From Thermoplasmata archaeon (lineage in GTDB: Archaea; Thermoplasmatota; Thermoplasmata; Thermoplasmatales; ARK-15), in the NCBI GenBank assembly GCA_039794005.1, contig JBAMMA010000017.1, forward strand, positions 92,837-156,836: DNA of 64,000 nucleotides, written 5' to 3'. Positions 12,211 through 22,521 of this stretch are shown here, in pieces. Position 1 is the first letter of the stretch. The number at the start of each line of letters is the position of its first letter. The notes beneath the pieces were generated by a model, which was not told where the DNA came from, did no database searches, and saw only the letters and a program-made list of their open reading frames with translations. The translations under genes and the position numbers were made by a program.

Positions 12211-12711
12211 ATGAGAAAATCTCTAGTAATAATCGGTACAATAATTTTTGTTTTAGGTGTAATATTATTTGGTGTTGGGACATACTTATCTGAATCTTCA
12301 ATTATAAAGTTAAATAAATGGTATAATTATAAGTCAGATATATGGATTTCAGATGAAATTAATTCTACTGGGGAAGAGATTATAATAGTGAATGTTTCAA
12401 AGAATATATATTTAATAAATTCAACAGAACTTAGTTTAATAAATAAATCAAACATTAAATCAATGTCACAAAATTCAATAGCAAATAGCTCAGGTGAATT
12501 AACATTTATTATCCAAAAAGGATCTTATTACTTAGTAACGTTTTCAAATTCAACGCCAACAATATATTATTATTATGCACACGAATCATCTTTATTAATA
12601 AATGGTCTAATTTTATTCCTAGGCATAATATTTGGAATAGTTGGAATAATAATTTTGATAATTGGATTTGTTCTTAAACCTAAAAAGGTGATTTCAAATG
12701 AAGTCAAATGA
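12211..12711 (+). CDS. hypothetical membrane protein (TM segments at both ends)
   Basis: Hydrophobic termini flanking an Asn/Ser-rich loop. Confidence 0.7.
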   Translation: MRKSLVIIGTIIFVLGVILFGVGTYLSESSIIKLNKWYNYKSDIWISDEINSTGEEIIIVNVSKNIYLINSTELSLINKSNIKSMSQNSIANSSGELTFIIQKGSYYLVTFSNSTPTIYYYYAHESSLLINGLILFLGIIFGIVGIIILIIGFVLKPKKVISNEVK

Positions 12712-13075
12712 AATTTTGGGAATCTCTGCTGCGGGTTTGGTAATAGCAATTTCCGTTATTGTATTTTATTTGATTTTCATCTCAATTAAATCTGAATTTC
12801 TTTCTTTTGTTTATATAGGTATTACAGCACTAATTTTTTCTATAATTTCATATCTATTACATTCAGTATTAAAATCTTGGAATACTGTGACTGCTTTTTC
12901 TTTGGGATATTTTGTTATATTTATAACCACAACATTATTTGCAACAACAGTTATATCCTTCAATCTCCTTTATGTCGCATTGATTTTATTCATTCTTTTA
13001 ATTTACATAGTTTTAGTATATTGGAGGCTAAATAGTTTAAGAAAAGAGAAAGATCTTGAAAAAAGTTTTAAATAA
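12698..13075 (+). CDS. hypothetical four-TM membrane protein
   Basis: Four hydrophobic segments; SD GGTGA; overlaps the upstream gene. Confidence 0.7.
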   Translation: MKSNEILGISAAGLVIAISVIVFYLIFISIKSEFLSFVYIGITALIFSIISYLLHSVLKSWNTVTAFSLGYFVIFITTTLFATTVISFNLLYVALILFILLIYIVLVYWRLNSLRKEKDLEKSFK

Positions 13076-13077
13076 TT

Positions 13078-13974
13078 TTATTCCGAAACCTTTTCCATTA
13101 CTATTCCATTTGATGCATCCATTAAATATGTCACCTTATGCATACTTTTCTTCAACAAACCTGGTATTTCCAATTCAAATTTCCATATTGGTGCATGCAA
13201 TATGAATATCTCTTCCACGTTTGGTTGTACCGAAATTGATTTTAAAGTCCTATATTTTTTTCTTATTTTACTTATTACATAATTTATTACAAAATTGTTT
13301 TTGTTGTTTTCAATATCATTAATATTTATGTCCCCATTCAATAACTTTACACCACTAGATATATCAGATTCTTTTATTTGCCTGGCTTTGGAAATGTTAA
13401 ATTCATAATCATATGGTTGAAATTCACTGAGATCTTTTCTTGCTATAACCGGTACATACAGTTCTCCACTTTCCATTCCTGGAACGTCAATCGGTTGAAC
13501 ATAAACATTTCCCCTGAATGATGTTGTCTCAGTTTTCGTATAAATAAAATTAGAGATATATGTGGCCCTTATTATCCAATATGGGATATAAGTCAATTCG
13601 GAAGATAGAATTGTAGATTTTTCAAATGAATGTCTATTAAATATTGATGAATCCATATAAATTTTCAACCTTTCTAAGGCTTTCTCCCTTTCTGGAATAG
13701 ATATATCCAAGATTAAATGCCTTTTTATCTTTTCCCATGCACCGTTTGGATTTAAGAATACAGTCGTTCCACAGTAACTACATACAACGATTGAATCTCC
13801 TGGTAATGGGTTTAACGGTGCTCCACATCTTGGACAATTCATTTCTTTTAATATTTCACCTTCTGAAATATTTTTTTGTTCATTTTTAACCTCAATGTCC
13901 TTTATTTTTATGCCACAGTATGGGCAAAATATAGAATTATCCGGGATTTCAGCTCCACAACTATGGCACTTCAT
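13078..13974 (-). CDS. double zinc-ribbon protein (YdjG-like)
   Basis: CHSC/CPYC and CPRC/CSYC pairs, YIPYW and HAPIW motifs. Confidence 0.75.
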   Translation of the reverse strand: MKCHSCGAEIPDNSIFCPYCGIKIKDIEVKNEQKNISEGEILKEMNCPRCGAPLNPLPGDSIVVCSYCGTTVFLNPNGAWEKIKRHLILDISIPEREKALERLKIYMDSSIFNRHSFEKSTILSSELTYIPYWIIRATYISNFIYTKTETTSFRGNVYVQPIDVPGMESGELYVPVIARKDLSEFQPYDYEFNISKARQIKESDISSGVKLLNGDININDIENNKNNFVINYVISKIRKKYRTLKSISVQPNVEEIFILHAPIWKFELEIPGLLKKSMHKVTYLMDASNGIVMEKVSE

Positions 13975-13982
13975 ATTCTCAC

Positions 13983-15122
13983 CTAAGGCAATTCAACCTT
14001 CCAACCACAGTTTGGACAGAATTTAGCACCAGGCGGTATATCTGCTCCACATTTTGGACACTTTAAGGAGAGGGGTTTTCCACAGTTGGGACAAAACTTG
14101 GAATTCTTCGGTATCTTTGCCCCGCAATATGGACAAGTCATTGTATCTTCAGATGAAAAGTCATAGCCACAATTTGGACAGAATTTTGCTGATACAGGGA
14201 CAATTGAACCACATTTGGGACACTTCTTAGTTTGTTCTTGTACCATTCCCTGTGCAATGTTTTGGGACATTGGATATGCCATTCCCAAACCGGCACCCAT
14301 ACCAACGCCTATTCCAGCCCCTGCACCTGCAGCTCCTGAAGGATTGTTTGCAGCATCCACCATCGCTTTACCTGCCTGTAATTGCATATAGTTTACACCC
14401 AATACCTGCATACTGGCCCTTTCCTCAATTGCCTTTTGTATTTCCTCAGGCAAGGATATGTTTAATCCCGATATCTTATTTATTTCAATACCATATTGAT
14501 CAAATTGGTTTGGTGCCTCTGCCAATATTGCCGCTTCAATATTCATTAAATTTGCCGGAATATCTAAAACTGACAAACCTTGTTGAGACATTTTTCCAAG
14601 GACGTTATAAACTAAGATAACCATCTGATCTCTTATCCTGGAAACTACATCATTGCTTGTCTCTGCAGAAAATGTTCCTACAAATTGATTTATAAATATT
14701 GATGGATCTTTCACCCTATATCTCATCTCACCGTATAATCTGAGCAAAACTATTCCAAAATCTTTGTCTCTGAATGCATATGGTTCTTTGGAACCGAACT
14801 TACCATCCAAAATTCTCCTCTGTACATAATAAACTTCTGCTTCTTGTTGCACACCTGATAAAAGTTTTACAATCTCACCTACCACAGGTGCGTTTAATGA
14901 AGTAAGTGCATATCTTCCTGGCCTGTCTATGTATGCAAGAACTTTTCCATCTCTGAAGAATACTGCTGTCTCATCTTCTCTAACAACAATATTATCATTT
15001 AACCTTATATTCCTTGGAACCTTCCACATTATGTTTTCCTTTTTATATTCATCTGCCCATTCTATCGTAGTCGCTCCAATAACACTATTTCCGGAGGAAT
15101 ATGAATCCTTTTTCTTGAACAT
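13983..15122 (-). CDS. SPFH/Band-7 domain protein with three C-terminal zinc ribbons (YdjI-like)
   Basis: IVVREDETAVFFRDG, PGRY, FRDKDFG, Gly/Ala-rich GAAGAGAGIGVGMG segment, six CPxC motifs. Confidence 0.85.
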   Translation of the reverse strand: MFKKKDSYSSGNSVIGATTIEWADEYKKENIMWKVPRNIRLNDNIVVREDETAVFFRDGKVLAYIDRPGRYALTSLNAPVVGEIVKLLSGVQQEAEVYYVQRRILDGKFGSKEPYAFRDKDFGIVLLRLYGEMRYRVKDPSIFINQFVGTFSAETSNDVVSRIRDQMVILVYNVLGKMSQQGLSVLDIPANLMNIEAAILAEAPNQFDQYGIEINKISGLNISLPEEIQKAIEERASMQVLGVNYMQLQAGKAMVDAANNPSGAAGAGAGIGVGMGAGLGMAYPMSQNIAQGMVQEQTKKCPKCGSIVPVSAKFCPNCGYDFSSEDTMTCPYCGAKIPKNSKFCPNCGKPLSLKCPKCGADIPPGAKFCPNCGWKVELP

Positions 15123-15127
15123 AGTTA

Positions 15128-15646
15128 TCAATCTCCGTAAAGAATTTTATCCCTATTATTATTGATTTCCTCTAATTTAAATAAATTTTCCCGAATGTTT
15201 AATAACTTAGATTGATCAAATTTTCCTGATATTGTATCAGAATAAAATGCATTTACACTATTTTCAATGTTAATTAAAAAATCGGCGATTGTTGAATCCA
15301 GTTCATACACCTTTGAGAGTTTTTCAGGGGTGACCCTTATAGGTGCGGATATTCCTGAATACCCGGCTTCATGGTGTTTTATTTTAGCAGCTAATGTCTG
15401 AATTTTAGCTATTAAATCTTTTATATCTTCCAGATTCATGAAAATACCTTTTTTTAACAGATTGTTTTCAGATTCTTTTAATTTATCTATATAAGAAAGC
15501 AATTTTTTATATATTTCATTTTTTAAAAAAATATCGGCATCCCTAATGTCTTCACTTATTCTATAACCTCTATAACCTGGTATTAAAAGTTGTAATTTTT
15601 TTATTGCACCGCGATCATCAATTATTTCTTTTCTATAATCGGTCAT
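15128..15646 (-). CDS. conserved helical hypothetical protein, first gene of the SPFH operon
   Basis: IPGYRGY...RDAD and AGYSG motifs; predicted amphipathic helices; 5 nt from the SPFH start. Confidence 0.75.
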   Translation of the reverse strand: MTDYRKEIIDDRGAIKKLQLLIPGYRGYRISEDIRDADIFLKNEIYKKLLSYIDKLKESENNLLKKGIFMNLEDIKDLIAKIQTLAAKIKHHEAGYSGISAPIRVTPEKLSKVYELDSTIADFLINIENSVNAFYSDTISGKFDQSKLLNIRENLFKLEEINNNRDKILYGD

Positions 15647-15702
15647 TCTTATCAAAATTACTATTTAGAAATAACTATATAAATATTATTCATTAATGGA
15701 TT

Positions 15703-16479
15703 ATGAAATTTTTCAGATACAAGCAGAAATACTATTTAAAAAATGACAAATTTGGAGAAGAAATTGAAGGAGACATTTTCAACTATAAGATAAAGGGAGA
15801 ACATATCGAAATACCGAGCATTTTAGATCCACCTTACGATTATGGAAAAATTTTGCTGGTAGGGAAAAATTATTTTGAACATGTCATGAGAATGAATTCA
15901 AACATTCCAGAAAAACCTGTATTCTTTTGCAAAACTAAAAATACATTAATTGGGCATAATGGAATAATTTTAAAAAATAAGGAAGTTAAAAAATTGGATT
16001 ATGAAATAGAATTGGCAATAATAATAGGTAAAAAATGTAAGGATATAAATAAAGCTGATTCAATAGATTGCATATTTGGGTATACAATCGCAAATGATAT
16101 ATCTGCAAGGGATTTTCAATATTCATTTAACAATCAGTGGTTTTTAGGTAAGTCGATGGATACATTCTTTCCAACTGGACCTTTTATTGTAACAAAAGAT
16201 GAAATCGATGATCCTATGAATTTGAATATGGAATTGAGGATTAATGGAGAAATAAGACAAAAATCTAATACAAAATATATGATGTTCGATATTTATGATT
16301 TAATATCTTTTATAAGCAAATATATAACAATATTTCCCGGTGATATTATTTCAACAGGTACACCATCTGGTGTGGCACAGGAAAGGGGGGATGAATATTT
16401 CTTAAAAGATGGAGATTTAATTGAGGCAGAAATAGAAAAAATAGGAATTTTGAAAAATGTTGTTAAAAATGAAATTTAA
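15703..16479 (+). CDS. fumarylacetoacetate hydrolase family protein
   Basis: GKNYFEH, DYEIELA, NDISARD, GKSMDTF, TGTPSGV. Confidence 0.92.
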   Translation: MKFFRYKQKYYLKNDKFGEEIEGDIFNYKIKGEHIEIPSILDPPYDYGKILLVGKNYFEHVMRMNSNIPEKPVFFCKTKNTLIGHNGIILKNKEVKKLDYEIELAIIIGKKCKDINKADSIDCIFGYTIANDISARDFQYSFNNQWFLGKSMDTFFPTGPFIVTKDEIDDPMNLNMELRINGEIRQKSNTKYMMFDIYDLISFISKYITIFPGDIISTGTPSGVAQERGDEYFLKDGDLIEAEIEKIGILKNVVKNEI

Positions 16480-16555
16480 AAAAATAAATTTAAAATATTT
16501 TATATTATAATAAATTGTAAAATCATTTAAATAATTTTAATCCTTTCATGTTTTC

Positions 16556-17485
16556 ATGATATCCGTAATAGGTGCTGGCAGGGTAGGTGCAACAACAGCA
16601 GCTTTCCTGATGTATTCTGAGGTTGACAATAAAATTGTTCTGGTGGATATTATTGAAGGTTTGCCACAGGGAGAAGCATTGGATTTAAATCATGCAGCTG
16701 CAATTTTGGGTAAGGATGTAAAGGTGGTAGGATCGAATTCCTATGAGTCAATAAAGGGATCTGATATCGTTATTATAACGGCAGGTTTGGCAAGAAAACC
16801 AGGAATGACAAGGGAAGAACTTGCGGCTAAGAATGCCCAAATAGTTTTTGATGTTGCAGATAAGGTTAAACAATATGCACCAAATTCTATTGTAATAATC
16901 ACAACAAATCCTCTCGATGTAATGGTAGCTGTTTTATACAAGAGATTGGGATTCCCAAGAAACAGGGTTATTGGATTTAGCGGCGTATTAGATTCAAGGA
17001 GAATGGCATACTATGCTTCTCAATATCTTGATATTTCACCATCTGCAATTACACCATTAGTTTTAGGCCAACATGGAGAAAATATGTATCCAGTACCAGA
17101 ATTGTCTTTTGTCTATGGAAAAAGTTTAAAATCATTCTTAACTGAGGAACAGTATAACAAAGTAGTGAAGGATACTATAAATGCTGGAGCAGATATAACA
17201 AATCTTAGGAAGTTTAGCAGCAACTGGGGTCCGGGAGCCGGACTAACTGTAATGGCTGAGGCCATCAAAAAAGACAGAAAGATTGCGTTAGAAGCATCTG
17301 TATTGCTTGATGGAGAATATGGGGTAAAGGGATATTTTGCGGAAGTTCCTATAATACTGGGTAAAAACGGTGTTGAAAAAATTATTGAAGTGGACCTAAA
17401 TCCAGAACAGAGGGAAAAATTCATGAAGAGCATTGAGGCCATTAAAAACAACCTTAAACAAGTACCCGAGGAATATATTAAGTAA
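16556..17485 (+). CDS. mdh: malate dehydrogenase (LDH-like)
   Basis: GAGRVG, TAGLARKPGMTR, TNPLD, LDSRR, GQHG. Confidence 0.93.
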   Translation: MISVIGAGRVGATTAAFLMYSEVDNKIVLVDIIEGLPQGEALDLNHAAAILGKDVKVVGSNSYESIKGSDIVIITAGLARKPGMTREELAAKNAQIVFDVADKVKQYAPNSIVIITTNPLDVMVAVLYKRLGFPRNRVIGFSGVLDSRRMAYYASQYLDISPSAITPLVLGQHGENMYPVPELSFVYGKSLKSFLTEEQYNKVVKDTINAGADITNLRKFSSNWGPGAGLTVMAEAIKKDRKIALEASVLLDGEYGVKGYFAEVPIILGKNGVEKIIEVDLNPEQREKFMKSIEAIKNNLKQVPEEYIK

Positions 17486-17518
17486 ATTTTTTAAACTTAT
17501 TCTTTTAATTTTTATTGA

Positions 17519-18241
17519 ATGTTCCTTGGGATTGATATTGGTAGTACAACAACAAAGATCATTGGCATCAATGAAGATATAGAATATAGGAAAATAATAC
17601 CAACGATAGAATTTATATATTCAGATGAAAAGGAAAATTTTTTGGATTCTGTCTCCACAGGATATGGGAGGTATACGATAAAATCTAAAGTTGCGATTCC
17701 TGAAATAAGGGCACACGTTATAGGTGCGGTATATCAAACAAATTTAGAAAATTTTGTCCTACTCGATATTGGCGGTCAAGATTTTAAAATAATAAATGTA
17801 AAAAATGGGATTCTAGATGATTTTGTGACTAATGACAAATGTGCAGCTGGTACTGGAAGATTTTTAGAAAAGATGGCAAACGTTTTAAATGTGGATATGA
17901 AAGATCTCTCACAAAATTATGAAGATCCTGTAAAGATAAACAGCACATGTACAGTATTTGCTGAAACTGAACTTGTGGGTTTAATGATGGAAAAATATCC
18001 CAAAGAGAGATTGATGGCAGGAATTAACTATGCGGTTTTTGAGAGAATAAGGCCATATATATTAAGATTCAGGCCAAAACAGATAGTTTTTACTGGAGGG
18101 GTTGCAAATAATAGGGCAATTTCTAAAATTATAGAAGAAAATATTGGCGTTGATGTAATAATACCTGAAGATCCTCAGGCAAATGGTGCAATAGGATGTG
18201 CCATATATTCAAAAAAATTGCATCAAAGATCAATGTTATAA
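17519..18241 (+). CDS. acyl-CoA dehydratase activase (HgdC/BadF ASKHA ATPase)
   Basis: GIDIGSTTTK, TGYGR, DIGGQD, NDKCAAGTGRF, STCTVFAE, TGGVA. Confidence 0.9.
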   Translation: MFLGIDIGSTTTKIIGINEDIEYRKIIPTIEFIYSDEKENFLDSVSTGYGRYTIKSKVAIPEIRAHVIGAVYQTNLENFVLLDIGGQDFKIINVKNGILDDFVTNDKCAAGTGRFLEKMANVLNVDMKDLSQNYEDPVKINSTCTVFAETELVGLMMEKYPKERLMAGINYAVFERIRPYILRFRPKQIVFTGGVANNRAISKIIEENIGVDVIIPEDPQANGAIGCAIYSKKLHQRSML

Positions 18242-19050
18242 ATTTTCTTTATATTTTCCTCCAAATCTATTACATATTTTTCAAGATATTCTTTGTCTAT
18301 ATTTTCTATCATCCTGTATCTTTTTGGAACTGATGTTATATCCAACACTGCCCCAGGCCTATTTGGATCATCCAAATAATCCGTTTCAAGGAAAAATCTT
18401 GTACCTTTCTTAATCGCTTCTTTTACATTTTCTCTAGAAGCTATTATAGATGGGAATATACCAAAATTTTCATCATACAGAACTGAAGGTGGGGAGAAAT
18501 GCTTTATGATTTTCATTTTTTCAATTCCCGTTCTATCTGCCATTTCTGCCAATTCTTTAAATAATTTTTTATCGGCAGATTCCGTATGTAATATAATTGG
18601 AATGTTGTATTTCTTTGATTCGATCATCGCATATTCCAGTATTTTATTTGAATATTCTATAATTTTTCTGTCAGTTTCAAAATGAGGTCTTCCAATCTCT
18701 CCTATTGCGTTTGCTTTATTTTCACTTATATAATCTATAGCGAGATCGATAGCATCTTTAAATAATTCAAATGCATTTTCAAATCCCAATTTTTCAGATG
18801 ATTTTATAAAATCCACCGGATAAGGACCTATCGTTGTCAATACACCGATTTCAAAATTTTTCTTTACATTTTGAGATATATTTATCGTTCTTTCATATTG
18901 TTCTTTGAAATATTCTATATCAAAAGGTTTGTCCATTGTTGGTAGATTACATATATTTATAAAATTTCCACCTTCCTTGACAAATCTTTTAACTGAATTT
19001 ATATAATCACCTTGATAATTTAAATGTATATGATTGTCATAAACAATCAT
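18223..19050 (-). CDS. TatD-family metal-dependent hydrolase
   Basis: DNHIH, AIGEIGRPHF, LHTE, KHFS, ETDYLDDPNRPG. Confidence 0.88.
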   Translation of the reverse strand: MIVYDNHIHLNYQGDYINSVKRFVKEGGNFINICNLPTMDKPFDIEYFKEQYERTINISQNVKKNFEIGVLTTIGPYPVDFIKSSEKLGFENAFELFKDAIDLAIDYISENKANAIGEIGRPHFETDRKIIEYSNKILEYAMIESKKYNIPIILHTESADKKLFKELAEMADRTGIEKMKIIKHFSPPSVLYDENFGIFPSIIASRENVKEAIKKGTRFFLETDYLDDPNRPGAVLDITSVPKRYRMIENIDKEYLEKYVIDLEENIKKIYNIDL

Positions 19051-19052
19051 AT

Positions 19053-19946
19053 TTACCAATATGGCTCTCTATGATTTAAAACATTTTCCATTGAATTTTC
19101 TGAGAATGCATCAACCAAATTATCATTTCTGAAAATACATGGTTTATATTTTCCATCTGGGGTTAATCTGAGCCTTGTACAATGCATACAAAATTCATGT
19201 TTAAACATGGGTTCTACCAATTCTACCTCAACCTTTTTATTCTTATATTCCAGAACATATATTTCCCTATTATGCAAATTTTTAGTATATTTTTCATTCT
19301 TAAATGATTCAATTAGCATTCTTACTTCGCTTAAATCCTTATGATAATTCTTAAAAACATAATCATTCAAATGATCCTTTGAAGACTCAAGTTCAATTAC
19401 TTGAAGTGTAAAACCTATTTCTGACGCAAAGTCAATCATGTTTAATATTTCATTATCATTAATTCCTTTCAAATAAACCATGTTTATCTTTTTCTTTCTA
19501 AAAGGTATTTCCCTCACTTTATGAATTGATTTCATTACATCCTCAAACATGTCATGTCCTGTAATTTTTTTATATGTTCCCCTTTTCAAAGTGTGCAAAC
19601 TTATGTTTATTCTTCCCAGTCCAGCATTATATAAATCTTGAACTATTGAATGCAAACCAATTCCATTCGTAGTCATGCTAACATCTTCAAAATACTTGGA
19701 AGCAAGTGAAATTATATAAACAAGATCATTTCTCTGTAATGGTTCACCTCCAGTAATTTTGATGGATTTAATACCAAATGAACTTAAATTTTTGAATATA
19801 CTTTCAATAGTTTTAATATCCATTTCATATTCGGTTTTTTCAATACCCTCTTTGTGACAATAAAAACAATTCAAATTGCATTTATTTGTAACGGAAAACC
19901 GTATGTAATTGATTTCTCTCCCATATTTATCCTTTAAGACTTTCAT
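19053..19946 (-). CDS. moaA: GTP 3',8-cyclase
   Basis: DKYGREI, CNLNCFYC, TGGEP, C-terminal FCMHCTRLRLTPDG..KPC cluster. Confidence 0.93.
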   Translation of the reverse strand: MKVLKDKYGREINYIRFSVTNKCNLNCFYCHKEGIEKTEYEMDIKTIESIFKNLSSFGIKSIKITGGEPLQRNDLVYIISLASKYFEDVSMTTNGIGLHSIVQDLYNAGLGRINISLHTLKRGTYKKITGHDMFEDVMKSIHKVREIPFRKKKINMVYLKGINDNEILNMIDFASEIGFTLQVIELESSKDHLNDYVFKNYHKDLSEVRMLIESFKNEKYTKNLHNREIYVLEYKNKKVEVELVEPMFKHEFCMHCTRLRLTPDGKYKPCIFRNDNLVDAFSENSMENVLNHREPYW

Positions 19947-19978
19947 TTCTAAATTCGCTAAAAATTATTGATTATTGG

Positions 19979-20410
19979 TTAATTAATTTTATTACCTTTT
20001 GATTTTATTAGATTTTCACCCATGCTTTTGTCTATCCATAAATAAGATTCTGGATGCTGTATTTTCCATCCTTCTTTCAGATAATGGATTGTTGCTGGAG
20101 AATATTCAAATGCCAAAATTTTTAATTTGTAATAATTCTTTGAAAAATTTGATACTTTCTCAATTATATCATTATATGCATCCTGATCGCCCGAACATGC
20201 ATTTATTAATTCATTCGGTTTTAAATTAATAGCATTGAAATATTCTTCCGAGGTTATACACTTAAAATTAAATACAATTTTTCCGGCGGTGTCCTTTTTA
20301 TCTCCAAAATTACCTTGAATACCAAATAGTATTCTGAAATCTATATTTTCTTTCAATATTACAGAAATTATCTTTTCGAACTTTGTTTCCTCTACTTTAA
20401 CTACTTCCAT
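19979..20410 (-). CDS. hypothetical protein
   Basis: 143-aa ORF co-oriented with moaA; no motif recognised. Confidence 0.65.
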   Translation of the reverse strand: MEVVKVEETKFEKIISVILKENIDFRILFGIQGNFGDKKDTAGKIVFNFKCITSEEYFNAINLKPNELINACSGDQDAYNDIIEKVSNFSKNYYKLKILAFEYSPATIHYLKEGWKIQHPESYLWIDKSMGENLIKSKGNKIN

Positions 20411-20499
20411 GATTATTAATATTGATTAATTTGAAAATAAATTTTTGTATTTTTTAATTTTGAAAAAATTTAATATCATTTAAAGGATAGTTATATAAA

Positions 20500-21129
20500 A
20501 TGGATAAATACGATAAAATTGTTTATAAAATAATCGAAATAAGACCAAAAATTGAAACTATTGTAAAAGAGAGATTGGATTATTTTAAAAAGATTCACGA
20601 TATGGATGATAAAATATGGTTTAGTGAACTGGCATTCTGTATTCTCACGGCCAATACATCGGCAGAGATGGGCATAAGAATACAAAATTCAATTTCACCT
20701 GATGAATTTGCATCTTTGTCCTACGAGGATTTGAGAGATAGGCTAAAATTATTAAGGGCAAGATTTTACAATACAAGGTCTAAATACATATATGAAAATC
20801 AGAAATATGCAAATAACATTAAAAAAATAATTATTTCATTAGATGAGAATAAAAGAAGGGAATGGCTAATCGAAAATATTAAAGGATTTGATTATAAAGA
20901 ATCTTCACATTTTCTTAGAAATGTTGGATTTTTTGATTATGCAATCATAGACAAACATATTTTTAACTTAATGAAAGAATTTGAAATTACAGATGAAGAA
21001 AAGGTAAGAAAAAATAATTATATAGAATTGGAAAATAAATTAAAAATCTTAGCACAAAAATTAAACATGTCTCTGGGAGAACTTGATCTATATTTATGGT
21101 ATTTGAAGACCGGCAAGGTTTTGAAGTGA
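20500..21129 (+). CDS. ogg: N-glycosylase/DNA lyase (8-oxoguanine DNA glycosylase)
   Basis: ELAFCILTAN, KESSHFLRNVG, IIDKH, LDLYLWY...GKVLK. Confidence 0.93.
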   Translation: MDKYDKIVYKIIEIRPKIETIVKERLDYFKKIHDMDDKIWFSELAFCILTANTSAEMGIRIQNSISPDEFASLSYEDLRDRLKLLRARFYNTRSKYIYENQKYANNIKKIIISLDENKRREWLIENIKGFDYKESSHFLRNVGFFDYAIIDKHIFNLMKEFEITDEEKVRKNNYIELENKLKILAQKLNMSLGELDLYLWYLKTGKVLK

Positions 21130-21615
21130 TTCGGCATATTTCAAATCCTCCTGTGTATTTATATTAATCCCCAATAAATAATCTGTAAATATGTAAATAC
21201 TATACAAATTTTTATCGCTGACAATATTTATTCCTACATAAATCAAATAATTTTTCTTCTTTAACATTCCACTCATCGATCCACCTTTGTAAGCGTTTAA
21301 AAATTCAGAAATGTGAGAGCTTTTCAAAAATGGTAAATCGGAAGATACAGTTAAAAACGTTTTTTCATAATTTTTTAATATATATGAAACATCAAAACAA
21401 TATCCATCGCCTGGAGTTTCAATATAATCGTACCTTTGCATAACATATTTTTTTGTTTCTGGGGCATTGTTTGAAATTGCAACAACGCATTTATTTCCTG
21501 ATTCAATTATTGCTTTACATGCTATGTCGATTAAATGATCATTCCTGAATTTTATTAACATCTTTTCCTTTCCAAATCTTGAACTTTTACCTCCGGCCAT
21601 CACAACACCAAGCAT
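21094..21615 (-). CDS. cobY: adenosylcobinamide-phosphate guanylyltransferase (CobY-like NTP transferase)
   Basis: MAGGKSSRF, ETPGDGY, SDLP, NINTQEDL; coupled to cobS. Confidence 0.8.
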   Translation of the reverse strand: MLGVVMAGGKSSRFGKEKMLIKFRNDHLIDIACKAIIESGNKCVVAISNNAPETKKYVMQRYDYIETPGDGYCFDVSYILKNYEKTFLTVSSDLPFLKSSHISEFLNAYKGGSMSGMLKKKNYLIYVGINIVSDKNLYSIYIFTDYLLGININTQEDLKYAESLQNLAGLQIP

Positions 21616-22316
21616 AATACCACCATTGTTATAGATCTTGATATTTCATTCATTGCACCAATGACATCGCCATTAACAAATCCAAAATTTTTCAGGGAAA
21701 TATATTTTATTACAAATGAAACAAGGATTCCTATGTATGATATAAAATAATGAAAATGGAATATTAATATTAGTGGTGTAGTATATATTAAGCCTATAAA
21801 CAGATAATATGGTCTGAAATTCTTGAAAAATATTTCTCCTATGCCACTTGGATATACTTTTTCATATAAACCGAAAAGCATCGAAAATTTTGCAGATAAT
21901 TCTGACAATATAAAAAATGAGAATATATTAAAATAATCTAATTTCAAATTATATAGTGAGAAAATTTCAGTTAATATTACAATCAAAACTGAAAATGTGC
22001 CTGCAATTCCTGTATTTACATCTTTTAAGGCCTTTATTTTCTTTTCCAAGCTACCCTTTGCCATTACACCATCTGAAAAATCCGCGAGGCCATCCAGATG
22101 CAATAAACCTAATATAAGATAAATAAAGATTATAACTATTAAAGAATATATTATTTTTGGAATAAACATTAATAATATTGCAAAAAGAGAGAATATAAAT
22201 CCAAATAAAATTCCCAAGAATGGCAATAAATAAGATATCTCAGAAGCCTTATTAATATCGCTTTTTCCAGGTATTCTGGAGAAAAATGAAATAATTGATG
22301 AAATGTAATCAATCAT
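21600..22316 (-). CDS. cobS: cobalamin synthase (adenosylcobinamide-GDP ribazoletransferase)
   Basis: FFSRIP, LHLDGLADFSDG, LKDVNTG, NGDVIGA; multi-TM. Confidence 0.93.
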   Translation of the reverse strand: MIDYISSIISFFSRIPGKSDINKASEISYLLPFLGILFGFIFSLFAILLMFIPKIIYSLIVIIFIYLILGLLHLDGLADFSDGVMAKGSLEKKIKALKDVNTGIAGTFSVLIVILTEIFSLYNLKLDYFNIFSFFILSELSAKFSMLFGLYEKVYPSGIGEIFFKNFRPYYLFIGLIYTTPLILIFHFHYFISYIGILVSFVIKYISLKNFGFVNGDVIGAMNEISRSITMVVLCLVL

Positions 22317-22521
22317 TAATTGTAAAAAATATTTTAAGATTTATACATTTTCATTATTGTAAATTTTACTAGAAAAATTTATTAAGTTTAAAATATTTCT
22401 AATAATTGTAAGAAAAATTTGAACAAGGGGTGGGAAGATAGAAAAACACAAGAATTATAGAATAAGATTCAGGTCAAGATAAAAATTAAAATATTTTTTA
22501 ATATTTTAAATTTTGATTTAT

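Noticed and set aside
19053-19120. MoaA lacking the C-terminal GG motif as a sign of truncation
   Set aside because: An REPYW-type ending is usual for archaeal MoaA homologues, and the gene abuts tatD normally
22317-22521. Cobalamin riboswitch or PduO remnant between cobS and cobT (purine-rich GAACAAGGGGTGGGAAG stretch)
   Set aside because: No B12-box or pairing helices recognisable; the RKI*TRGG resemblance to PduO is too short to support
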